A stretch of DNA of 64,000 bases from Dehalococcoidia bacterium (GTDB lineage: Bacteria; Chloroflexota; Dehalococcoidia; Lucifugimonadales; JAGWBF01): positions 1,051,355-1,115,354 of the forward strand of contig CBDEGP010000001.1 in the NCBI GenBank assembly GCA_965237875.1, given 5' to 3'. Within the stretch, counting starts at the first letter, position 1; each line of letters starts with the position of its first letter. Both the position numbers and the translations under genes were made by a program. A model generated the notes under the pieces. That model ran no database searches. It worked only from the letters and a program-made list of their open reading frames with translations, and was not told the origin of the DNA. Below, in pieces: positions 8,937 to 18,609 of this stretch.

Positions 8937-9968
8937 ATGCCGGAAATGGACTTGGCGGACCGGAAGTTGCTTAACATAATCCAGTCGGGCTTCCCACTGG
9001 CGGAGAAACCGTACCAGGAGATAGGAAGCCGTCTGGACATAAGCGAGGAAGAGGTCCTCGAGCGTCTGGAAGGACTCAGACAACAGAACGTGGTGCGTCA
9101 AATCAGCGCCATCTTCGACACCCGGCGATTGGGTTACAAGACCAGCCTTATCGCAATGGCTTTCGACGAGGATAAACTCACTGCAGGCGCCTTGAAGATC
9201 AACGAGCACCCCGGAGTCAGCCACAACTACGCGCGGGAGGGGTCGTACTACAACCTCTGGTTCACGTTGGCAGTGCCTCCCGGAGAAGTTGTGGAGGATG
9301 CGGCCCGCGTAATGGCCCGTGAAACGGGAGCGGTGTCCATGAGAAACATGCCCACTATCCGGTTCTTCAAGATAGGCGTCAATTTTGACATGGTCAAAGA
9401 GAAGGGCGCCGCCTATCAGTATTTCAGCCCTGACGGGTACAAAGCCGGTCAGTCCGATTCCAAGCCCCAACAGGTCAGCGCTGACTGGAACAAGCCGGTC
9501 CCCTTGAGTGACTACGACGTCCGGTGCATCCGGGAGCTTCAGGAAGACCTTCCGATGGCTTCCGGCCCTTTCGACGGGATGGCGAAGCGGCTTGGCGTGT
9601 CTGTCCCCGGCCTCTTCAAGATAGCGGATGAATTCGTGGAACGGGGCATAATGCGCAGGTACAGCGCCGTGCTCTACCACAGGAAGGCTGGATTCCAGGC
9701 CAACGGCATGGGTGTATGGAATGTCCCTACGGAGCGGTCCGAGGAAGTGGGAATGATCATGGCCTCGAACCCCGCCGTCACCCACTGCTACGAGAGGCCC
9801 ACGTTCCCCGACTGGCCCTATACCCACTTTTCCATGATACATGCCACCTCAAAGGATGCGTGCGAGGACATCGCCGGGGAAATATCCGCGTCCACCGGGA
9901 TCACGGACTACCTGATGCTCTACAGCACCCGGGAGTACAAGAAGACCCGGGTGCGTTATTTCGTATAG
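8937..9968 (+). CDS. fused AhbA/AhbB-like (NirD/L-like) siroheme decarboxylase
   Basis: 343 aa built from two tandem Lrp/AsnC-like halves (LLNIIQSGFPLAEKPYQEI... and IRELQEDLPMASGPFDGMA...). It is clustered with sirC-like, hemC, cobA-hemD and hemB. Confidence 0.8.
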   Translation: MPEMDLADRKLLNIIQSGFPLAEKPYQEIGSRLDISEEEVLERLEGLRQQNVVRQISAIFDTRRLGYKTSLIAMAFDEDKLTAGALKINEHPGVSHNYAREGSYYNLWFTLAVPPGEVVEDAARVMARETGAVSMRNMPTIRFFKIGVNFDMVKEKGAAYQYFSPDGYKAGQSDSKPQQVSADWNKPVPLSDYDVRCIRELQEDLPMASGPFDGMAKRLGVSVPGLFKIADEFVERGIMRRYSAVLYHRKAGFQANGMGVWNVPTERSEEVGMIMASNPAVTHCYERPTFPDWPYTHFSMIHATSKDACEDIAGEISASTGITDYLMLYSTREYKKTRVRYFV

Positions 9969-9978
9969 GCGGGAATGG

Positions 9979-10620
9979 ATGGCGGCGTATTACCCGGTGT
10001 TCCTGGACCTTAAGGACAAGCTTTGCGTCATCATTGGGGGCGGCAAGATTGGCGAGCACAAAATCCGGCCTCTATTGGAATGCGGCGCCAGGGTCACTGT
10101 TGTCAGTCCTGAGGTCACCGAGGGCATCGAGGAAGCGGCAAGACGGGGGGACATCACCCTGCTCCGCCGCAAGTATGAAGAGGGGGACCTGAAAGGCTCG
10201 GCGCTGGCGATAGCCGCCACCGACCAGCGTCCTGTTAACAAGGTCATCGCCGCCGAAGCCGAAAGGGAGAGGGTGGTCCTGAACGTGGTGGACGACGCTG
10301 AGCTATGCACATTCATAGCGCCGGCCATAGTCAAGAAGGGCGCCGTGACGGTGGCGCTGTCAACAGGGGGCGCCAGTCCTGCGTTGGCCCGCAAGCTGAG
10401 GGAAGCCTTGGAGAGCAGCGACGTCTTGGAATACGCCGAGCTTGCCGACGTCCTGTCGGCGGCTAGGAAAAAGCTCAGGCAGCGGGGAATAACCGTTGAC
10501 CCGGACCGTTGGCAGGAGTGCATCACAGGCGATCTCATCGACATGGTGAAGTCGGGCCGCGACGAGGCGGCGGTGGAGAAGGTCCTCGCCGGCTTGACTC
10601 AACCCGCCGGGCGGTCCTGA
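9979..10620 (+). CDS. sirC: precorrin-2 dehydrogenase / sirohydrochlorin ferrochelatase (CysG N-terminal / Met8-like)
   Basis: 213 aa with a Rossmann motif VIIGGGKIGEHKIRPLLECGARVTVVSP. Tetrapyrrole cluster context. Confidence 0.8.
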   Translation: MAAYYPVFLDLKDKLCVIIGGGKIGEHKIRPLLECGARVTVVSPEVTEGIEEAARRGDITLLRRKYEEGDLKGSALAIAATDQRPVNKVIAAEAERERVVLNVVDDAELCTFIAPAIVKKGAVTVALSTGGASPALARKLREALESSDVLEYAELADVLSAARKKLRQRGITVDPDRWQECITGDLIDMVKSGRDEAAVEKVLAGLTQPAGRS

Positions 10621-10710
10621 ATCTCCGGGCATTTCCGCCGATGACCGGACCCCTGAACGGTTGAGCCCTTCCGGGCATCGGACGAGCTTAGTCCCAGTAC
10701 GAAAAAGTCT

Positions 10711-11643
10711 ATGGGCCTCCGAGAAGAAATCATCAGGATTGGCACTAGGGGAAGCGGCCTGGCCTTGATTCAGGCAAAGCAGGCGCTCCGGATTCTGGAG
10801 GACGCCTTTCCTGAGCGGCGCTGTGAAATAGTGACCATAAAGACCACTGCCGACGTCCGGTCTGACGAGCCGTTGGCGCGCCTTGGCAAGGGGATGTTCG
10901 TTAAGGAACTGGACCGGGCGCTCTTGGACGGCGACATTGAGATGGCAGTGCACAGCATGAAGGACGTCCCCACCGAGCTGCCCGAAGGACTGGCCATCGG
11001 CGCGACGCTGAAACGAGCCGACCCCAGGGACGCCTTGGTGGACAGATGGGGAGTCGGCCTCAAGGGGCTTCCACCGGGAGCCAAGATAGGCACCAGCAGC
11101 CCCCGCCGCGTGGCCCAGATCAAGTCCGTCAGGCCCGACCTGGACGTTCAAGACATGCGCGGCAACGTGGATACACGCCTCCGAAAAGCAAAGGGAGACG
11201 GTTATGACGGGGCAATCCTTGCGGTGTCCGGGCTAATGAGAATGGGCCTCGAGGGTGAGATCACCGAATATCTATCTCCGGAAGAGTTTGTTCCGGCGCC
11301 GGGCCAGGGCGCGTTGGCGGTGGAAGTGCGCAGCGGGGAAGGCGGACTGGACGACCTGATGGCCGCCCTCGATGACCCCGACAGCCGGAGGGCCACCGAG
11401 ACTGAGCGTAGATTCCTGCAAGAGCTGGGCGGAGGGTGCCGGACGCCCGCCGGAGCCTATGCTTGGCTGGAGGCTGAATCGGTGACCCTATCGGTGTTCT
11501 TGTCTACGCCCGACGCCAGCCAGGTGTTTCGCGCAACGGTTGCCGGACCCGCCGATCAACCTGAGGCCGTGGCCCGCCAAGCGTATCGGAAGCTCATGGA
11601 CGAGGGCGCAGCAAGTTTAGTGAACGAGGACGGAGGGTCGTAG
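10711..11643 (+). CDS. hemC: hydroxymethylbilane synthase (porphobilinogen deaminase)
   Basis: IRIGTRGSGLALIQA N-terminal signature. 310 aa. Confidence 0.93.
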   Translation: MGLREEIIRIGTRGSGLALIQAKQALRILEDAFPERRCEIVTIKTTADVRSDEPLARLGKGMFVKELDRALLDGDIEMAVHSMKDVPTELPEGLAIGATLKRADPRDALVDRWGVGLKGLPPGAKIGTSSPRRVAQIKSVRPDLDVQDMRGNVDTRLRKAKGDGYDGAILAVSGLMRMGLEGEITEYLSPEEFVPAPGQGALAVEVRSGEGGLDDLMAALDDPDSRRATETERRFLQELGGGCRTPAGAYAWLEAESVTLSVFLSTPDASQVFRATVAGPADQPEAVARQAYRKLMDEGAASLVNEDGGS

Positions 11644-11649
11644 CCTGGC

Positions 11650-13170
11650 ATGGACCCGAACAGAGGCAAAGTTTATCTCGTCGGCGGGGGGCCGGGAGAC
11701 CCGGGCCTGATCACCGTCAAAGGGCTGAGGCAGCTTCAGAGGGCCGACGTGGTTGTCTACGACCGTCTTGTGGACGCCAGGCTTCTGGACCATGCTCGAA
11801 AGGATGCCGAGCAGGTCTACGTGGGCAAAGGGCCGGACCAACACTCCATGAATCAGGAGGACATAAACCGCCTCCTGGTTGACCGCGCCTGTCAAGGCCG
11901 AATCGTCGTAAGGCTCAAGGGAGGAGACCCCTTTGTTTTCGGCAGAGGCGGCGAAGAAGCCCTGGCTTTGGCCGAGGCCGGCCTGGACTTCGAGGTGGTC
12001 CCCGGCGTGACGTCGGCTGTGGCGGCCCCCGCGTATGCGGGAGTTCCTGTCACCCACCGGGGGATTGCGACCAGCGTCACCATCGTCAGCGGCAGCGAAG
12101 ACCCTGCCAAGGACGGGTCTTCGGTCCGCTGGGACATGCTGGCGAAAATGGGCGGGACCATCGTGGCGCTGATGAGCTGGAGCGCCCTGGAGAAGGTGAC
12201 GGAAACGCTGATCGCGGAAGGCATGTCTCCCGACACCCCAGCGGCCCTGGTCCATTGGGGCACGGAGCCGCATCAACGCACCGTTGCCGGGACCCTCCGG
12301 AACATTCGGTCCAAGGGAGCGGAAGCCGGGTTGACCTCGCCGGTGACGGCGGTCATAGGAGAAGTTGTAGACCTGCGGCGCCATATCCGGTGGTTCGATG
12401 AGAAACTCCTCTTTGGAAAGACTGTGCTGGTCACACGGTCGCGGGCCCAGGCCTCTGCGTTGTCGGCTCTGCTGGAAGATGAAGGAGCCCGGGCCATCGA
12501 GCTGCCGACTATACGACTCGAACGGATGGCGCCGTTTACAGAGATGGACCAGGCCATCGCATCCCTGAGCGAATGGGAATGGGTGGTCTTTACCAGCGTA
12601 AACGGTGTGGAGGCGCTGTTCGACCGTATGAAAGAGCTGGGCCGGGACGCCAGGCAGCTTGCCGGGTCCAAAGTGGCCGCCATAGGTCCCGCCACGTCAG
12701 CTTCCCTGGCAAAGCGGGGCGTAATCGCCGACCTATTGCCGCGCGAGTACGTGGCAGAGTCTCTGCTTGAATCCCTGGCGGAGCGTGTGAGACCCGGCGA
12801 CAAAATACTTCTGCCGCGAGCGGACATAGGCCGAAACGTTCTGGAAGAGGGATTGGCCAAGATGGGGGCGCAGGTCCAAAGGCTGGTCGCTTACAGGACT
12901 GTGACGCCGCCTGAGTCCAGGGAACTGGCGTCGGAGCTTCTCTCCGGAGGCTCAGTGGACGTGGTGACTTTCACCAGCTCATCGACAGTTGAGAACTTGA
13001 TGAGTATTCTGGACGGAGATACGTCAAGTTTGAAGGGCGCCGTGGTGGCCTGCATAGGACCCATCACCGCCGCTTCCGCAAAGGCCGCGGGGCTTCAGGT
13101 GGACGTAGTGGCTTCCGAGCACACTATTCCGGGACTGGTGGACGCCATAAGAGGCGCTTTTCTGCCGTAG
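11650..13170 (+). CDS. cobA-hemD: bifunctional uroporphyrinogen-III C-methyltransferase / uroporphyrinogen-III synthase
   Basis: The N-terminal half carries the SUMT motif VYLVGGGPGDPGLITVKG. The C-terminal half, from about KTVLVTRSRAQASAL, is HemD-like. Confidence 0.9.
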   Translation: MDPNRGKVYLVGGGPGDPGLITVKGLRQLQRADVVVYDRLVDARLLDHARKDAEQVYVGKGPDQHSMNQEDINRLLVDRACQGRIVVRLKGGDPFVFGRGGEEALALAEAGLDFEVVPGVTSAVAAPAYAGVPVTHRGIATSVTIVSGSEDPAKDGSSVRWDMLAKMGGTIVALMSWSALEKVTETLIAEGMSPDTPAALVHWGTEPHQRTVAGTLRNIRSKGAEAGLTSPVTAVIGEVVDLRRHIRWFDEKLLFGKTVLVTRSRAQASALSALLEDEGARAIELPTIRLERMAPFTEMDQAIASLSEWEWVVFTSVNGVEALFDRMKELGRDARQLAGSKVAAIGPATSASLAKRGVIADLLPREYVAESLLESLAERVRPGDKILLPRADIGRNVLEEGLAKMGAQVQRLVAYRTVTPPESRELASELLSGGSVDVVTFTSSSTVENLMSILDGDTSSLKGAVVACIGPITAASAKAAGLQVDVVASEHTIPGLVDAIRGAFLP

Positions 13171-13254
13171 GGACGCGCAAGAAAACGTAATGCCGGCGGG
13201 CCGGCGGCCAATGAGACCGGCCGGCAATTTGCTCCAAGCTGGGAGGTGGGTTGA

Positions 13255-14232
13255 ATGGCCTTTCCGCAGACCCGTCTCAGAAGACTGAGAGAGTTGGCCC
13301 CGCTTAGGGAAGCCACCCGGGAAGTGAGCCTCTCGGTTTCCGATTTCGTCTACCCTTTGTTCGTAACCCACGGGCGAAACGTAAGGGAACCGATAGAGCC
13401 CATGCCGGGCGTCTTTCACCTGTCCTTGGATGAGCTTCTTCCGGAAGTGGCTGACGCCCACGAGTTGGGCATTCGCAGCGTCATGCTCTTCGGACTTCCT
13501 CAAAACAAGGACCCTATGGGCCTGGAAGCATACGACGAACAGGGAATCGTGCAAGAGGCCATCCGGGTCATCAAGGCGGCTGTGCCCGACATGCTGGTAG
13601 TAACCGACGTATGCCTCTGTGAGTATACGGACCACGGACATTGCGGAATCGTTGAGAATGAGCGGGTAGACAACGACCGTTCTCTGGAATTCCTCGCCAG
13701 GACAGCCGTTTCCCACGTCCTTGCAGGGGCGGACGTGGTGGCCCCGTCGGCTATGATGGATGGGCAGGTCGGGGCCATACGCAGCGCGTTGGACGACAAC
13801 GGGCTCACCCAAACCCCCATCATGGCGTACTCGGCCAAGTATGCGTCGGCCTTCTACGGCCCCTTCCGCGTGGCGGCGGACTCGACTCCCCAGTTCGGCG
13901 ACCGTTCGAGCTACCAAATGGACCCGTTCAACTGGCGCATGGCGATGAGGGAGATTCAGACGGACATAGAAGAGGGCGCGGACATCGTAATGGTAAAACC
14001 CGCGCTGTCTTACCTGGACGTGATAGCCAGAGCGAAGGAGCGGTTCGACCATCCCCTGGCCGCGTACAACGTCAGCGGAGAGTTCTCCATGCTCAAAGCC
14101 GCCGCAGCCAACGGATGGCTCGACGGAGACAAGGCCCTCATCGAAATCCTGGGATCAATAAAACGGGCCGGGGCCGACATAATCCTGAGCTACCACTCAA
14201 AAGAGGCCGCCAGGATTCTCAGGGCAGGCTGA
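13255..14232 (+). CDS. hemB: porphobilinogen synthase (delta-aminolevulinate dehydratase), Zn type
   Basis: Cys-rich zinc site DVCLCEYTDHGHCGI and a Schiff-base lysine context DIVMVKPAL. Confidence 0.95.
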   Translation: MAFPQTRLRRLRELAPLREATREVSLSVSDFVYPLFVTHGRNVREPIEPMPGVFHLSLDELLPEVADAHELGIRSVMLFGLPQNKDPMGLEAYDEQGIVQEAIRVIKAAVPDMLVVTDVCLCEYTDHGHCGIVENERVDNDRSLEFLARTAVSHVLAGADVVAPSAMMDGQVGAIRSALDDNGLTQTPIMAYSAKYASAFYGPFRVAADSTPQFGDRSSYQMDPFNWRMAMREIQTDIEEGADIVMVKPALSYLDVIARAKERFDHPLAAYNVSGEFSMLKAAAANGWLDGDKALIEILGSIKRAGADIILSYHSKEAARILRAG

Positions 14233-14345
14233 AGTCCCCCGGCAGGTTTGTGTTGCGGGGCGGGCTGCAAATGGCTAGAATGTGCTGGGTGAAAGTGAAT
14301 CTGTAAGCTCCAGCACGGACATAATCTCTAGGAGGTAGGCTCCCA

Positions 14346-14825
14346 ATGTTGAAAAACCTGTTCTCAAGAGTTCACCGGGTGTTCAAGGTCAGCGAGGCCC
14401 ATGCCCATTGCGACATCCCCTGCGGCATCTACGATCCTATCTCCGCCAAGATTGCGGCCCAGACCGTTCTCAAGATGGTGGCGCGGATCAACGCCCTCGC
14501 GGCGCCCGACGCAGCCTCAGCGGCGTCCCATGCCAACACGCTGAGCCGCTACATCACCGTCAAAGAGGACCACGCCGACCTGTGCAAGAAGGAGTTGGAC
14601 ATCCTCTGGCACGACTACTTTAGGCCAGACCACCTGGAGACGTACCCGGACCTCCACACCACCTTCTGGAACGCCAACAAGCTGGCCGGACGCAACAAGC
14701 AGAACGTCGATGAGGGCGCGGCCAGGGAACTTATAGCCACCGTCGACCAGATTGCAGAGATATTCTGGGCGACGAAGAACGTCGCCTATAAGGACGAGGT
14801 GGCGGACGTCCGGTACGGGACCTAA
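14346..14825 (+). CDS. sodN: nickel-containing superoxide dismutase precursor
   Basis: The nickel-hook HCDIPCGIYDP follows directly after a 20-aa leader MLKNLFSRVHRVFKVSEAHA. AGGAGG RBS. Confidence 0.93.
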   Translation: MLKNLFSRVHRVFKVSEAHAHCDIPCGIYDPISAKIAAQTVLKMVARINALAAPDAASAASHANTLSRYITVKEDHADLCKKELDILWHDYFRPDHLETYPDLHTTFWNANKLAGRNKQNVDEGAARELIATVDQIAEIFWATKNVAYKDEVADVRYGT

Positions 14826-14841
14826 CCTCAAGCCGTCAACA

Positions 14842-15405
14842 ATGAACGCGGGGAGCGCCCAGACTCCCGGTCCTCATGAGCAGTCCACGCTCAAGAGGGC
14901 GGGCGCCTGGGCGCTCTATCTTTTCAGGCCCATATTCACCCTTGCGTCCCTCCTTACGTCCACTCCCTATCGGATCAACGGAGCCAGCATGGGGTCAACC
15001 TTGAGGCATGGGGACTGCGTGTTGGTGAGCCGCATGACTGCGTGGCTGCGCCGCTGCTCCAGAGGCAGCGTCGTCGTGCTGAGGAGCCCGCGAGGAGGAC
15101 GGACTACATACGTCAAGCGAATCGTAGGGATTCCCAACGAGACGCTGCGCCTGGACGACGGCCGGGTGTTGGCCGACGGCTGCGTCATAGAAGAGCCATA
15201 CCTGAATATCGGCGCCCGGACCGAGCCAAAGTCAGCCTTTACGGAGTGGTTCCTGGACCCGGACGAATATTTCGTGTTGGGAGATTGCCGGTCGGACAGC
15301 GACGACAGCAGGGCTTACGGGACGGTGAAGTGGGCGTCGATAATCGGCAGGGTCTGGCTCAGATACTGGCCGCTCCGTCGGTTCGGCCTGGTCCGTAAGC
15401 CTTAA
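14842..15405 (+). CDS. sodX: NiSOD maturation peptidase (S26 signal-peptidase-like)
   Basis: S26 motifs GASMGSTL and VLGDCRSDSDDSR. It lies immediately downstream of sodN. I moved the start to ATG 14842 because the longer ORF (14752) overlaps the sodN 3' end. Confidence 0.82.
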   Translation: MNAGSAQTPGPHEQSTLKRAGAWALYLFRPIFTLASLLTSTPYRINGASMGSTLRHGDCVLVSRMTAWLRRCSRGSVVVLRSPRGGRTTYVKRIVGIPNETLRLDDGRVLADGCVIEEPYLNIGARTEPKSAFTEWFLDPDEYFVLGDCRSDSDDSRAYGTVKWASIIGRVWLRYWPLRRFGLVRKP

Positions 15406-16337
15406 AGGCAGGTATTAAGCACAGTGGCCGTCAACGCCTTTGTCGCCAGGGTCAGGAAGCCGTAGTCCAGGGTGTCCGGCGTGTCTCCGGGGCTGTGGTA
15501 GTGGGGATTACGGAAGTTGGCTGTGTCTGTGATCATTACCGCCCGCATCCCCGTCATCCAGAAGGGAGTGTGGTCGCTGCGAAAAATGTCGGTCAACTGG
15601 GGTATGGGCCGTTCGATTTCTATCGCGAGGACCGGAAGTTCGGGCGTCCATCGATGGGCGGACTTCACAAACTCCTCGCTCAGCGCCGCGCTCTCACCCA
15701 GGGCCACGGATGCGATGAAGTCGCCTCGGAAGTCCCGTTCCTGGACTTTAGCGAATGTTTCAGGCAGCGCTATGTCGAAGCCTGGGGGATGCCCCTGGCT
15801 GCCCGGCCCGGACGTGTAGGCCACCATTTCCAGGTTGTACAGCCCCTCGAACACAGGCGGCCCTTCGATTCCCTCCAGATAACTCACAAAGGCTGTGCTG
15901 CCGACCAGCCCGGCGCCCTCGGGTTGGACCTCCTCCATGTCGAAGGCCACGAACTCAATGGGCCGTTTCAGAGATACGCCTTGAAGGACTGCGGCGCATT
16001 CCAGCAGCGAAGCCACGCCTGAAGCGTTGTCGTCGGCGCCTGGTGAATCCGACGTGGTGTCGTAGTGGGCGCTCACCAGCAGGGGTCTGAGTTGGAGGTC
16101 GGCGCCGGGCCTTGAGCCAATCACGTTGACGCCGGGACCTCCGCCGCTGGGAAACTGCTGCATGGTGACTCCGCAGCCTGCGCTCCTGAGGGCGGCGGCA
16201 ATGCTGCGCCTGGCCCGCTGGAGATGATGCGGACTGGAGACGGCGTTTCGCGGAGCCTTGGCCAACTCTCTGACCCGGCCTTCCAAGCGGTCCCGGTCCA
16301 CCAGTTTCAAAGCAGGCGCTATTCTCTCTGTGTTCAT
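15402..16337 (-). CDS. M28 family zinc aminopeptidase
   Basis: HYDTTSDSPGADDNASGVASLLECA metal-ligand region. 311 aa. Confidence 0.85.
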   Translation of the reverse strand: MNTERIAPALKLVDRDRLEGRVRELAKAPRNAVSSPHHLQRARRSIAAALRSAGCGVTMQQFPSGGGPGVNVIGSRPGADLQLRPLLVSAHYDTTSDSPGADDNASGVASLLECAAVLQGVSLKRPIEFVAFDMEEVQPEGAGLVGSTAFVSYLEGIEGPPVFEGLYNLEMVAYTSGPGSQGHPPGFDIALPETFAKVQERDFRGDFIASVALGESAALSEEFVKSAHRWTPELPVLAIEIERPIPQLTDIFRSDHTPFWMTGMRAVMITDTANFRNPHYHSPGDTPDTLDYGFLTLATKALTATVLNTCL

Positions 16338-16386
16338 GTCGTGTGCATCTCCGATTTCCGGGTATCATATCAGACAGTAGGAGGAG

Positions 16387-17094
16387 ATGATGAACGGCGC
16401 CGACATAGAGTTGCTTAATGAGAAGGTTGTCAATTGCGTAAAATGCCCTCGGTTGGTGCATCACCGTGAAGAGACGGCAAGGGTCAAGAGACGGATGTAC
16501 CGGAACGACGAATATTGGGGCCGTCCCCTGACCGGTTTTGGAGCCGTAGACGCTCGCCTGCTTCTGGTGGGGCTGGCTCCGGCGGCCCACGGCGGAAACC
16601 GGACCGGGCGCATGTTCACCGGAGACCGGAGCGGCGACTGGCTGTATGGGACGTTGCACAAGTTCGGTTTTGCCAGCCAACCAACCTCGGAGCACAAGGA
16701 AGACGGGCTTGAGCTTATCGACGCCTACGTAACGGCGGCGGTCCGCTGTGCGCCTCCCGACAATAAACCCAGCCGGGAGGAGATGCTTCTATGCAGACCA
16801 TACCTGGCGGGTGAGCTTCGGCTGCTTTCCGGCGTAAGAGTGGTTGCGCCCCTTGGAAAAATCGCCTTCGACTCCTACCTCAAGGCCAGGCGAGATGTTA
16901 TGGGAGACGCCGAGCATGAACCCAAACCGAGACCCAAGTTCGGGCACGGAGAAACCTACACGTTCCCCGACGGAGTCGTCCTGCTTTCGTCATACCATCC
17001 CAGCCAGCAGAATACGCAGACAGGGCGGCTGACCCGGGAGATGTTCGAGGGGATATTCGCAAGAGCGCGGCGCATGATTGACGGCGGGGTTTAG
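16387..17094 (+). CDS. uracil-DNA glycosylase, family 4/5 fold (motif A fits family 5, UDGb)
   Basis: CVKCPRL Fe-S cysteines, VGLAPAAHGGNRTGRMFTGD (GLAPA instead of GEAPG) and SSYHPSQQN motif B. Confidence 0.8.
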   Translation: MMNGADIELLNEKVVNCVKCPRLVHHREETARVKRRMYRNDEYWGRPLTGFGAVDARLLLVGLAPAAHGGNRTGRMFTGDRSGDWLYGTLHKFGFASQPTSEHKEDGLELIDAYVTAAVRCAPPDNKPSREEMLLCRPYLAGELRLLSGVRVVAPLGKIAFDSYLKARRDVMGDAEHEPKPRPKFGHGETYTFPDGVVLLSSYHPSQQNTQTGRLTREMFEGIFARARRMIDGGV

Positions 17095-18428
17095 GCGGCG
17101 GCCGCCGCCGGTCGCGGGTCAGGGCGGGGCTCGCCCAGCAGCAGGAACAGGAAGGAACCAAGGATGCCCACTGCCGCCAGCGCCGCGAACACCGCCGTGT
17201 AGCTTCCATCCTGCCACTTGTAGCTCAGCCCGGCCAACGGCGGGGCGGCGATGGATATCATGTTGACTGAAATCATTGACAGTCCGGTGATCTTGGAGAA
17301 TTCCCTGCGTCCGAAATATGTGCCGCGCATCGACGACACCGGAGCTGTCCTTCCACCCATCCCCACGCCCAGCAGTACGGCGAACAGGTAGGCCATCGCA
17401 AGGTTGTCGGACATGAGGAGGACTATCACCGCCACCGGGGGGAAGAGGGAAAACCAAAAGAGAGTGTACTTGACGGGGACTTTGTCGCTGATGTATCCGC
17501 CGATAAGGTTGAACGCGCCTGCAACCGCCTGACTCACGGCGACTATCAGACCCACCGAGACCAGCGAGTAACCTCGATCGTCCAGCATTATGCCGAGGTG
17601 GAACAGGACTGTCGTATAAACGCCGGTGGTGACGGCGTGGCCTATGGAAATCCACCAGAAGGTGAATGTACGAATGGCTTCCTGCCACGTGTACCCCTGA
17701 TGCTGTTCCAACGGCGCCGAGGCCCCGGCCTCCCCGCTTGGGCGCTCAGAAGGGGGAATCCCGTCAGGATATTGCCCGTAGTCCTCGGGTCTGTTCCTGA
17801 TGTACCGGGTCATGGGCCAGGCCAACACCAGCATGGCGACGCCGATCCCCAGGGTTACGGTCCTCCACGCATCCGGTGAAAACCGGTCGGGGTCCACGGC
17901 CCATCCAAGCGCCGGCACTATCAAAAAAGCGCCTACGTAGAGCCCTTCCATGGATATGCTCATGGCCAGGTTCCGCCGCCGGTTGAACCAGTTGTTCAAC
18001 GAGGTCATCAGAGGAAGCCAACCCGCCAAGCCCGTTCCCGCGGCCATCAGCAGCAGAGCCAGGTAGAAGTGCCACAGTTCATTGACGCGGCTGAACACGA
18101 CGAAACCGACCCCAAGTATCAACATGCCCGCCATCACGACAAAACGGGAACCGTATTTGTGCGTTAGGTATCCGGAAAGAGGGGTGGAGATGGACCCCTC
18201 GGCTCTCTGCAATGACCAGGCGAGGCCCAATTGAGCCGGACTCCAGCCGAAGGTGTTCTTCATCAGCACGTTCCAAATAGTCGCGCCTTGGAATACAGGA
18301 ACGATGACAATGGCATGGATGAATGAGCTCAGCAAAGCGAGCCACCATCCATAGAACACTCCCCGGACGGCTCTTATCGGGTTGGGCATATACATTAACG
18401 CGGCTGTGTCTCCGGCGTGGGCTTGCAT
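17091..18428 (-). CDS. MFS transporter
   Basis: About 445 aa with about 12 hydrophobic segments and a central hydrophilic loop. The substrate is unknown. Confidence 0.8.
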   Translation of the reverse strand: MQAHAGDTAALMYMPNPIRAVRGVFYGWWLALLSSFIHAIVIVPVFQGATIWNVLMKNTFGWSPAQLGLAWSLQRAEGSISTPLSGYLTHKYGSRFVVMAGMLILGVGFVVFSRVNELWHFYLALLLMAAGTGLAGWLPLMTSLNNWFNRRRNLAMSISMEGLYVGAFLIVPALGWAVDPDRFSPDAWRTVTLGIGVAMLVLAWPMTRYIRNRPEDYGQYPDGIPPSERPSGEAGASAPLEQHQGYTWQEAIRTFTFWWISIGHAVTTGVYTTVLFHLGIMLDDRGYSLVSVGLIVAVSQAVAGAFNLIGGYISDKVPVKYTLFWFSLFPPVAVIVLLMSDNLAMAYLFAVLLGVGMGGRTAPVSSMRGTYFGRREFSKITGLSMISVNMISIAAPPLAGLSYKWQDGSYTAVFAALAAVGILGSFLFLLLGEPRPDPRPAAAAA

Positions 18429-18490
18429 CAAGTCCCGGAGGCTCGTTGACCCCTTGGCGCCGCCGCCCAGTTTACCGGCTTAAACCGCTA

Positions 18491-18519
18491 TTGACAAAGG
18501 CAGTGGGCTAAGGCAAAAT
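18491..18519 (+). promoter_or_regulatory. candidate sigma70-type promoter (TTGACA-17-CAAAAT)
   Basis: GCTATTGACA resembles the CCTATTGACA of the two SBP promoters. It lies upstream of the hydrolase-LLM gene pair. Confidence 0.4.
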
Positions 18520-18609
18520 TCACCCTGCCCGCCCAGGACACGGGATAAACTTGCTTGGGTTCCTGATGCAGGAATCAAGGGCGCCCAACATCTCCAGGAG
18601 GATTGCTCC

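Noticed and set aside
15955-16695. 246-aa minus-strand ORF spanning the M28 peptidase / UDG divergent spacer
   Set aside because: It overlaps two well-supported genes on both sides. Its translation is Arg/Pro/Gln-rich with no motif, so it is a shadow ORF.
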